Source: Methanolinea sp. (GTDB lineage Archaea > Halobacteriota > Methanomicrobia > Methanomicrobiales > Methanospirillaceae). From it: a stretch of DNA of 64,000 nt. Location: positions 5,485-69,484 of the forward strand of contig JARYMB010000005.1 in the NCBI GenBank assembly GCA_029907345.1, written 5' to 3'. Under the pieces are notes generated by a model that was given only the letters and a program-made list of their open reading frames with translations, was not told where the DNA came from and did no database searches. Positions 37,434-45,009 of the stretch are shown piece after piece. The translations under genes were made by a program, and so were the position numbers. Position 1 is the stretch's first letter. Every line of letters begins with the position of its first letter.

Positions 37434-38062
37434 GCACGCTCGTCTGCGGTGACTGTAACGAGGGAATGGCCCGGATGCGGTCCGGGTCGGTGGATATCAT
37501 CTTCACCGATCCCCCCTACATCAAGAATCTCTATGCAGAGGCGTACCAGGTCCTTGCCAGGCATGCCGGCCGGTTACTGGTACCCGGTGGCTACCTTGTC
37601 AGCTACTGCCCGCAGTTCCATCTTCCAGTCATTCTTCGTATCCTGGACGGGAGTGGACTAGCCTACTTCTGGCTCTGTGCCCAGCTGAACAGCGGGGCGA
37701 AGACGATCGTCTGGTCCCGCAATGCGATGTGCGGATGGAAACCAGTGGTGATCTACCAGAAGCCACCGGTCACTGCACCGAATCAGATCTTCATTGATGT
37801 GCTCCGGGGTGTGAGAGCCAAGGCTTTCCATCCCTGGCAGCAGTCGATCCATGAGACTCTGCATCTCCTCTCCCGGCTGGCAGCACCCGGGGCCCTGGTG
37901 CTCGATCCCTATGCGGGGACCGGGACCAACCTGATCGCTGCCCAGCTCCTCGGGATGAACTACCACGGTTTTGAGATTGACCCGGCGACCTATCGGATCG
38001 CCCAGGACCGTCTCACCCAACGGCCGCTTGACCTGGCCGTCTATTCGGAGGCTACGACTTGA
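37430..38062 (+). CDS. DNA methyltransferase (beta-class, DPPY; N6-adenine or N4-cytosine)
   Basis: DIIFTDPPY (motif IV) precedes VLDPYAGTGTN (motif I). Start overlaps the replication gene stop (ATGA). No adjacent restriction enzyme was recognised. Confidence 0.85.
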   Translation: MSTLVCGDCNEGMARMRSGSVDIIFTDPPYIKNLYAEAYQVLARHAGRLLVPGGYLVSYCPQFHLPVILRILDGSGLAYFWLCAQLNSGAKTIVWSRNAMCGWKPVVIYQKPPVTAPNQIFIDVLRGVRAKAFHPWQQSIHETLHLLSRLAAPGALVLDPYAGTGTNLIAAQLLGMNYHGFEIDPATYRIAQDRLTQRPLDLAVYSEATT

Positions 38063-38183
38063 CACCAGACCTGACACTCTACACAATCGAAATCTACTGG
38101 AACAGCGACGAACTGGAAGACACCTCGGCCAATGGGGGCTTTGCCTATCATGAAACGAAGATGGACAAATCGGAGGGAAAGCC

Positions 38184-38441
38184 ATGAACGATGTGGTTGT
38201 GATGAACCTGGGCGATGCTATCGAGATAGCGAAGGAGAAGGAACGGCAGAACCGGGTCCCCATTTGGAAACGTTACTATGTCCGGCACCGAGAGCAGGAA
38301 CTTGCCCGCAGGAAGGAGTACCGGGAGAACAACAAGGACGCCATCGCTGAGTACAACCGGAACTACTACCGGTCCCGTAAGATGCAGAAAGCAGTGGCTA
38401 CCGGAAAGGGAGAACTCATGAACGAGGTGTCTCATGCTTGA
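38184..38441 (+). CDS. Hypothetical basic protein (85 aa)
   Basis: Arg/Lys/Tyr-rich helical sequence (RYYVRHREQELARRKEYRENNKDAIAEYNRNYYRSRK). It is part of the overlapping chain. Confidence 0.5.
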   Translation: MNDVVVMNLGDAIEIAKEKERQNRVPIWKRYYVRHREQELARRKEYRENNKDAIAEYNRNYYRSRKMQKAVATGKGELMNEVSHA

Positions 38442-38561
38442 GACGATTCGGAATGGAATCAGGTGGCTGGCAGCTGTCCTGAAGGGAGAGGGTGATAAGG
38501 CTGTTCTCCGGGAGGAATCAGAGAGCCAAGTATCCGGGACCCTGGTCGGGGCCCTTCCCAC

Positions 38562-38729
38562 CTATCGGTAGCTCTCGGCAATATCCTCGGCCTTTACCCG
38601 GAGGTCCTGGGCATCCGATATCATCACGGAGGCCTTGTGCTCGAGTTCTACCGCCTTTTCCTGGTATAAGCTGATCTGTTGCAGGTCATTGATTGGGATC
38701 ACATCATAGACGCTCTGATGATTGCTCAT
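38562..38729 (-). CDS. Small coiled-coil hypothetical protein, 55 aa (not in ORF track)
   Basis: MSNHQSVYDVIPINDLQQISLYQEKAVELEHKASVMISDAQDLRVKAEDIAESYR. Its ATG overlaps the stop of the upstream minus-strand gene (ATGA). Confidence 0.4.
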   Translation of the reverse strand: MSNHQSVYDVIPINDLQQISLYQEKAVELEHKASVMISDAQDLRVKAEDIAESYR

Positions 38730-39109
38730 GCGGACACCTCGGCGACCTTTTGAGAGGAGAGGGAGAGATGGCTGCCTGGCATCTCTCTCATGATCGAGAC
38801 GTTCGCGTATTTCCGGTTACCTTGCAGGACCCCGTTCACCTGGGCGAAGGGTGAAACATACCGGGTGCCTTGAATGGTGTACATTACTGCCCGGCCGGAC
38901 CTGCTGATCCACGCCCTGCCCACGGCCTTGGGCTGGCCGGCGGTCTTCATCACATCGCTGATGTCATAGACATCAACAGGCCAGCGCTCGACTAACCGGG
39001 GGAGATCTGACCGTGAGATCACGGCCTGCATGGTCTTGATGTCGATCCGAAGGGTGCCCTCATAATGACGGGCTGCCCCTATGTGTTCAAAGATTGTTGT
39101 TCTGGACAT
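38726..39109 (-). CDS. Hypothetical protein (127 aa), first gene of a minus-strand two-gene module
   Basis: Protein-like composition. A TATA-like GATATATT lies about 22 nt upstream of the ATG on the minus strand. No family was recognised. Confidence 0.6.
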   Translation of the reverse strand: MSRTTIFEHIGAARHYEGTLRIDIKTMQAVISRSDLPRLVERWPVDVYDISDVMKTAGQPKAVGRAWISRSGRAVMYTIQGTRYVSPFAQVNGVLQGNRKYANVSIMREMPGSHLSLSSQKVAEVSA

Positions 39110-39819
39110 TGGTGGTTCTCACCAATATATCAGAGGATACATAGGGAGATATAGTGCTCCCATAGGCGGTGTGAAAGTGAACTAATCACGTCGGAGCGGG
39201 CCTCCGGCCTTCGCCCACTGCTCGCTTCCGCTCGCGGCGAGGGCTCGGCCTGCGGCAGGTTTATTGGGAATATGGTATCGCTCCGCTCCGGCGACGCCCT
39301 CACTGCGTTCGGTGGCGGCCTCCGCTCTGCTGGTTTATCGGTTTACGGGATAGCTATCGGTCGACCGTGCTCGATTTCACTCCGTTCCGCTCGCACCGTC
39401 TCCCTGATCTCTCTACCTGGACCGGGCTGCTAATGACGCCCGTGGTTTCGTCGCAGGCTCCTCACCACCGGCTGCCAGGACCCGCTCCTCGCGGACCGCC
39501 GCGGCGGACCGCTCGTCGCTGATGGATGGAATTCCTGAACTAATCCCCCTTCAAGCACCTCTCCTGATGCCATCCCTGGTGAGTGCCCGGAGGGTCGAAC
39601 CGGGCGGCACGCGGTGCCGGCTACGGAGCAGCCGCTGAGCAGAGCGGTAAAGCGGGTGCAATTGCTATGCCAAGGCCATAGCGACCTGAGCGGGCACCGA
39701 TTACGACATGCATCAACGGGTTGCCAACTCACTAGAAAATAGGATTAACTTAACTTACTCAACAAATAAGCAATAAATAACAAATTATATCCGGCACTGC
39801 ATGCAATTTTTACATCTCT

Positions 39820-40689
39820 ATGGTCTCCGTTCACCTAAATTCGCTCCCTGTTATAACATATGACAAGTGGTTTTCTTTATTCACCCTGTTTCTTCTAGCA
39901 GGAATACTTCTCGTGATCTATCCAGTGACAGCATCCACGACATCGCTCCACATCGTGGAGTTAGCTATGGATGGAAAAACCACCCTCTCCTCAAAAGATG
40001 TTGATGTTGCCTGGATGGAAACAAATCTTCCCGTCTATGGAGATGGGGTAACCCACTATTACCACCAGGGACCTGTCTTTATCGATAATCCTGACCCAGC
40101 CAAAGAAGAGAGTCTCCGGTGGAACTCTTTAGAAGATACGAATGTCAAGGAAAAGGACATGGGTGCAGTGAAGGGGACTGCTGTAAAAGATCTGGTAGAC
40201 CTTGTTGGTGGAATGGAACCTGGTGATACCGTTACTCTCCGGGCTAGAGATGGGTTTACTAAAACCTTTGCTTACCGGAACATCTATCAGCCTACTGACC
40301 GGCAGGGACCAATGGTCATTACCTGGTATCGGGAGGGTGAAGGCTACGTCCCTAACTTCACGACCGGGATGAGATTGGTGTTCTTCGCCGACACCTCATC
40401 CAACCCCTGGGGCATACATGCATTCGGAAACTGGGACTGGCATGAATCAGCAGACCCTCAATATTTCTACTACTATGTTCAGGGTGGCGAGCGGTATCCC
40501 ACTACAACCGGTTTGTCGGTCCAGCAAGTCTCGGAAATTATCATTCATAAAAACTCCGCATCTCCGACCACGGGACAGCCTACCCCAACAACAATTCCCC
40601 TACCCCCGATTACGATAGTCGTCGCCCTTCTCCTGCTCACAGTGACAGGTGTTGGAATGAAAGTATTCCGAAGGGGTGAAGAGAGTTGA
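39820..40689 (+). CDS. Membrane-anchored extracytoplasmic protein with one A-type domain (paralogous to N-termini of the 1060-aa and 1707-aa proteins)
   Basis: N-terminal hydrophobic segment, then the A-domain signature (HIVELAMDG...WMETNLPVYGDGVTHYYHQGPVF...KDMGAVKGT...DLVGGMEPGDTVTLRARDGF...GMRLVFFADTSSNPWG). A Pro/Thr linker and C-terminal TM (ITIVVALLLLTVTGVGMKVFRR) follow. TATA-like AAATTATAT lies about 32 nt upstream. Confidence 0.75.
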   Translation: MVSVHLNSLPVITYDKWFSLFTLFLLAGILLVIYPVTASTTSLHIVELAMDGKTTLSSKDVDVAWMETNLPVYGDGVTHYYHQGPVFIDNPDPAKEESLRWNSLEDTNVKEKDMGAVKGTAVKDLVDLVGGMEPGDTVTLRARDGFTKTFAYRNIYQPTDRQGPMVITWYREGEGYVPNFTTGMRLVFFADTSSNPWGIHAFGNWDWHESADPQYFYYYVQGGERYPTTTGLSVQQVSEIIIHKNSASPTTGQPTPTTIPLPPITIVVALLLLTVTGVGMKVFRRGEES

Positions 40690-41534
40690 TAGAAATCAAG
40701 AATCACCGATATATCTTCCTGTTGCTCCTGGTCGGCCTCTGTCTTTTTCCGGGGGCATCCGCTGCACCAACCATGGAACTGGTAGTGTCCCAGTATGCTA
40801 CCGATGGTGTGACCATCCTCAACACCACCTCTGTCACCTTTCAATGGATGGAGGAACATCTCCCGGTCCAGGGAGATGGGGTGATCCACTACTATCACCA
40901 GGGCCCGGTCTTTGTGGAATCGAAGGAAGGGCAGTGGGACAGAAATGAAACAGCGAATTTCAAGGATATGGGGGCAGTCCGCGGGACAGCCCTCCGCGAT
41001 CTCTGCGATCTCGTAGGGGGGATGGTCCCCGGTGACGAGGTGATGGTAAAAGCAATGGACGGGTACCATGTGGAATTCCCGTACGAGAATATTTATTACC
41101 CGAAATCCCGCCAGGGGAATATCAGCGTCTGCTGGTTCAACGGCGAAGAAGCAGCAATAGGTGAGCGACAAGGTACTGGTTATCCTCCGTCCTACCATGT
41201 CGGAATGCGGCTGCTCTTCCTTGCCGATACCTCAACGAACAGCGAGGGAAAACACGTCTTTGGGAATTGGGACATGCACGAGGTGATGCCACCGGAACGG
41301 ATTCACCTCTTTGATAACCTGTACCCATCCACCAGTGGATATACCGTCAAGTGGGTGGATGAGGTCCGGGTTTACCGTGGCGGGTATCACGGATCTTTTG
41401 ATAACCTCCCCAAGTCCTACGAATCGAAGATGAACGAGACCTATCCGCCTCCGCCGACCAAAGGTCCGATGATTCTCCCGACAATCCTTGCAGCGTGTGG
41501 GGCAGTCTTCCTTCTCCAGAGGAAGAGCTCATGA
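40686..41534 (+). CDS. Second membrane-anchored A-type-domain paralogue
   Basis: TTG start overlaps the previous stop (TTGA). It has a signal peptide, the same A-domain signature (WMEEHLPVQGDGVIHYYHQGPVF...KDMGAVRGT...DLVGGMVPGDEVMVKAMDGY) and a C-terminal TM. Confidence 0.75.
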   Translation: MIEIKNHRYIFLLLLVGLCLFPGASAAPTMELVVSQYATDGVTILNTTSVTFQWMEEHLPVQGDGVIHYYHQGPVFVESKEGQWDRNETANFKDMGAVRGTALRDLCDLVGGMVPGDEVMVKAMDGYHVEFPYENIYYPKSRQGNISVCWFNGEEAAIGERQGTGYPPSYHVGMRLLFLADTSTNSEGKHVFGNWDMHEVMPPERIHLFDNLYPSTSGYTVKWVDEVRVYRGGYHGSFDNLPKSYESKMNETYPPPPTKGPMILPTILAACGAVFLLQRKSS

Positions 41535-42097
41535 AACCGATTTTCTTGCCGGAAGGAGCGGTGCTTATCTTGGCAGTTGTCGTTCTCTCGGTAGTCATGA
41601 GCGGGTGCAGTAATCCAAGTCCGGAATCCCTGGGAGAGAACTGGCAGCTCACAATCAACGGGACGACCCAAAAAGTCATCACGATGGATGATCTCCGGGC
41701 CCTTCCCGTGGTGAACGGGCATGGGTACTGTGTTTCAACCACTGGTGCCCGCTTTGGTCCCTATACCTGCCAGGGTGCGGATCTCCGGGATATTGCCGCC
41801 CTTGTTGGCGGTGCACACCCAGGCCAGCAGGTCTGGGTCTCTGCACCCGACGGGTATCTCTGGGTCTTTGATTCCGACCAGCTTAATGGCCAGGGCTTTA
41901 TCACCTTTAACGAGAATCTCGCGGAGATTCCAGCACCCCCATTGCGCATCATCCTCATGTACCAACAGAACGGGACTCCTCTTTCCTATGATGACGGGGG
42001 GCCTGCTCGTATCGCCATCGTCTCGGAACAACCCGGGGTCATTACCGAAGGGAGTGCGTGGGTGAAATGGGTGGATCGGATCGAGATAAGGGACTGA
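41531..42097 (+). CDS. Lipoprotein-like single B-type domain protein (molybdopterin-oxidoreductase-fold-like)
   Basis: MKPIFLPEGAVLILAVVVLSVVMSGC lipobox-like signal. Then W-x-L-x-I-x-G...ITMDDLRALP...C...GADLRDIAALVGG...VSAPDGY...LMYQQNGTPL...GGPARIAIV...WVKWVDRIEI. This matches the general pattern of the sulfite-oxidase/YedY Mo-cofactor-binding domain. ATG overlaps the upstream stop. Confidence 0.75.
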   Translation: MKPIFLPEGAVLILAVVVLSVVMSGCSNPSPESLGENWQLTINGTTQKVITMDDLRALPVVNGHGYCVSTTGARFGPYTCQGADLRDIAALVGGAHPGQQVWVSAPDGYLWVFDSDQLNGQGFITFNENLAEIPAPPLRIILMYQQNGTPLSYDDGGPARIAIVSEQPGVITEGSAWVKWVDRIEIRD

Positions 42098-43098
42098 TTC
42101 TGGTCGCTCTGACAATATGCATTGCCGGGAGCCTCCTCCTTGCCGGATGCTCTGACAAGGTTTCTCCATCTCCCCCGCTAAAGGTCATTGCTGCAGGCAG
42201 CCTCCTTTTCCCGTTTGCCCAGGCCGAGCAGGAGTTCGAAGCAGCACATCCCGGGGTTGATGTGCAGATCGAGGGGCATGGGAGCATCCAGGTCATCCGC
42301 CAAGTTACTGACCTGCACCGGACTGCCGATGTCATCGCCGTGGCAGATGAATCCCTGATTCCCGATCTCATGTACCGACCCATGGAAGACTCAGGGAAGA
42401 ATTACACGGATTGGTATCTACCTTTCGCAATAAACGAGATGGTCATCGTCTATACGAACAAGAGCCGGTATCACGAAGAGATCAATCCGGAGAACTGGTA
42501 CCTGATCGTCGCCCGGCCTGACGTGCGGCTGGGATTCTCAAATCCCATGCTGGATGCGGCTGGCTATCGGGCGTTAATGGTATTGCAGCTTGCTGAAGAA
42601 GAGTATGGAGACCCCAGGCTCTTTGAAGAGATCATTGTTGACCACTTCCCGTCAACCATAACAGTTTCCGCCAACGGAACGGCCACTAGCATCATGTTGC
42701 CGGAGATCATGCGGCCATCGGACAATAAGGTCGTCATTAGGGACGGAAGTATCTACCTCCTCTCGCTCCTGGCGGCGGGGGGGATCGACTATGCCATCGA
42801 ATACCGGAGCGTCGCAGAAGGGATGAATCTTTCCTATATCTCCCTTCCCCCCTCAATCAATCTTGGATCTGCGGAGTACGCAGAGCAATACAGGCATGTC
42901 ACCATAGTCCTCGGGTTTCCACGGTTTAGCACCATTGGCAGGGAGAGGACCGGCTGCCCCATCGTGTACGCCATGACCATTCCCGCCAATGCTGCCAATC
43001 CTGAGCTTGCCCAGGAATTTATCGATTACATCGTCAGTGAGTCTGCAAGGGGACTCCCCGGATGGCCGGCTCCCATGAAAGAAGTGGGGGCTTCATGA
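42058..43098 (+). CDS. wtpA: Tungstate/molybdate ABC transporter substrate-binding protein, WtpA type
   Basis: LLAGC lipobox. Extended similarity by eye to archaeal WtpA (AAGSLLFPF...HPGVDVQIEGHGS...ADVIAVADESLIPDLM...DWYLPFAINEMVIVYT...RPDVRLGFSNP..DAAGYRALMVLQLAE). The start may be 42058 or 42067. Confidence 0.85.
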   Translation: MGEMGGSDRDKGLILVALTICIAGSLLLAGCSDKVSPSPPLKVIAAGSLLFPFAQAEQEFEAAHPGVDVQIEGHGSIQVIRQVTDLHRTADVIAVADESLIPDLMYRPMEDSGKNYTDWYLPFAINEMVIVYTNKSRYHEEINPENWYLIVARPDVRLGFSNPMLDAAGYRALMVLQLAEEEYGDPRLFEEIIVDHFPSTITVSANGTATSIMLPEIMRPSDNKVVIRDGSIYLLSLLAAGGIDYAIEYRSVAEGMNLSYISLPPSINLGSAEYAEQYRHVTIVLGFPRFSTIGRERTGCPIVYAMTIPANAANPELAQEFIDYIVSESARGLPGWPAPMKEVGAS

Positions 43099-43928
43099 GC
43101 TTCCAAGGACGTTCCAATCAGAAGAGACAGTGGTTCCCCGGGCATTCCCTTATCGCATTCTGGATCCCGGGGATAATCCTTGTCGGTGTCATCCTCCTGG
43201 CCCTCCTGGTTATTGCCATTCCTGTATTACGGAATCCGGAATATCTTGTCTCTGCGGCAGCAGATCCGGCGGTCTTCCAGGCCTTCCTGGTCACCTTCCT
43301 GGCTGGGTTCTGTGCTGTCGGGATACTCGCCATTACCGGGACGCCGCTTGCCTATGCTCTCAGCCGTTCCGAAGCTCCCTGGAAAGGTTTGGTTGAGACA
43401 TTGGTGGACATACCCCTCGTACTCCCCCATACCGTGGCAGGACTCATGGTATACCTCCTCTTTATGTCACGAGGAATGCTTGGAGCCCCCCTGGGGGAGC
43501 TCGGTATTACCTTTGAGGACGCTTTTCCCGGGATTGTTGCCGCCATGGTCTTTGTGGCCATTCCCTACTATGTGAATGCGGTGCGGGAAGGTTTCGGAAG
43601 GGTCCCTGTCCAACTCGAAAACGTGGCCCGAAGCCTAGGGGCTACCCGGGCAAGGATGTTCTGGTCGGTAACCCTTCCCCTCGCCACCCGCCATATCCTC
43701 TATGGCGCACTTCTTGCGTGGGGGCGGGCGATCGGGGAGTTTGCCGCAGTGATCATGATCGCGTATTTCCCCATGGTGATCTCGACCCTGATCTACTACC
43801 GGTTCAATACCGGAGGGATTGCAGAGAGCCAGGCCATTGCTTTCTTACTCATCCTGCTCTGCCTGGTCCTGTTCTTCTTATTCCGGTTCCTTACCCGTCA
43901 TGCCGGGGTGTATGATGATCGGAGTTGA
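43095..43928 (+). CDS. wtpB: Tungstate/molybdate ABC transporter permease
   Basis: Polytopic membrane protein of the ModB/CysT family (EAA-like loop NVARSLGATRARMFWSVTLP). ATG overlaps the wtpA stop. Confidence 0.85.
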   Translation: MSFQGRSNQKRQWFPGHSLIAFWIPGIILVGVILLALLVIAIPVLRNPEYLVSAAADPAVFQAFLVTFLAGFCAVGILAITGTPLAYALSRSEAPWKGLVETLVDIPLVLPHTVAGLMVYLLFMSRGMLGAPLGELGITFEDAFPGIVAAMVFVAIPYYVNAVREGFGRVPVQLENVARSLGATRARMFWSVTLPLATRHILYGALLAWGRAIGEFAAVIMIAYFPMVISTLIYYRFNTGGIAESQAIAFLLILLCLVLFFLFRFLTRHAGVYDDRS

Positions 43929-45009
43929 CCATCTCACTCTCACCCGCGGGAACTTCTCACTCTCCCGGGTTTCGTTCATGGTGCCGGATGAATCCTACAC
44001 AGTGCTCATGGGGCCTTCAGGAGCCGGAAAAACACTCCTGCTTGAGACAATCGGCGGGTTCCATGGGATCAACGAGGGAAGGATTACGATCGCCGGGCAG
44101 GATGTTACCCTGCAACCCCCTGAAAAACGACGAATTGGTTTTGTATACCAGGACTATTCTCTGTTCCCGCACCTTACCGTAGAAGATAATGTCTCCTATG
44201 GGCTGAGGATGAAAGGAATCTCTTCAAGCAGCCGGAAGGAGACTGTACACACCCTTCTTTCCTCCTTCTCCCTACTTCCCCTTTCACACCGTTATACCGG
44301 ATCACTGTCAGGGGGAGAGAAACAGCGGGTGGCCCTTGCGAGAGCTCTTGCCACCAGACCATCCGCACTCCTGCTCGATGAACCCTTTTCGTCACTCGAC
44401 CCCGAGACACGGTCATCCTGCATGGATGAGGTAAAGACCATCCAGAGTGACCATGGTCTGACCATTCTCCAGGTAAGCCATGACCGCGAAGAAGCATTCC
44501 GGCTTGCTGACCAGGTGGTGGTAATGGATAAGGGAGTGATTCTCCAAGCCGGCCTTCCGACAGACGTCTTCTTTAATCCCGGTCATCGGACGGTCGCTTC
44601 CATCGCTGGATACGAGAACATGCTCGAGGGAACTGCCGGTCCAGAACGAGAAGGAATGACACCGATTCTTGTAGGAGGGGGAGTCATCTTTGCTGATGGC
44701 TCGTTTCCGGAAGGGGACCCGTATCTCGCCTGCCTCAGGGCGGGTAATATCACCCTCACCCGGCCAGACATGTCCCGGGATGAGCTGGTCCCATGGGTAG
44801 AAGGAAAGATACTCTCTCTGATGGTAACAGACCAGGGATACCGGTTGCGGTTTGATGGCCCTTTCCCGCTCACTATCGAAGTGCCCCGGCACCTATCGTC
44901 TGGCCCTGTATACCAGCCGGGAGAAAAAATTCGAGCCTGGATTGCTCCGGAAGATGTTCATCTCATCCCGCTTTCCGGGGAATGTCGCAATAGGGGGCCA
45001 GGTTCATGA
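43912..45009 (+). CDS. wtpC: Tungstate/molybdate ABC transporter ATPase with C-terminal TOBE-like domain
   Basis: Walker A GPSGAGKTLLLE, signature LSGGEKQR, Walker B LLLDEP. A C-terminal extension of about 120 aa follows. The start overlaps the end of wtpB. Confidence 0.85.
   Translation: MMIGVDHLTLTRGNFSLSRVSFMVPDESYTVLMGPSGAGKTLLLETIGGFHGINEGRITIAGQDVTLQPPEKRRIGFVYQDYSLFPHLTVEDNVSYGLRMKGISSSSRKETVHTLLSSFSLLPLSHRYTGSLSGGEKQRVALARALATRPSALLLDEPFSSLDPETRSSCMDEVKTIQSDHGLTILQVSHDREEAFRLADQVVVMDKGVILQAGLPTDVFFNPGHRTVASIAGYENMLEGTAGPEREGMTPILVGGGVIFADGSFPEGDPYLACLRAGNITLTRPDMSRDELVPWVEGKILSLMVTDQGYRLRFDGPFPLTIEVPRHLSSGPVYQPGEKIRAWIAPEDVHLIPLSGECRNRGPGS

Noticed and set aside
39565-39610. tRNA-like 3' end on the minus strand (GCCCGG-TTCGACCCT-CCGGGC-ACTCACCA)
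   Set aside because: The loop has 9 nt rather than the canonical 7-nt T-loop. No D-arm, anticodon arm or matching acceptor 5' strand could be found upstream.
39430-39732. 100-aa minus-strand ORF in the element's GC-rich spacer
   Set aside because: The product is Arg/Ser/Pro/Gly-rich and low-complexity, with no start context. The region is better explained as non-coding repeats.
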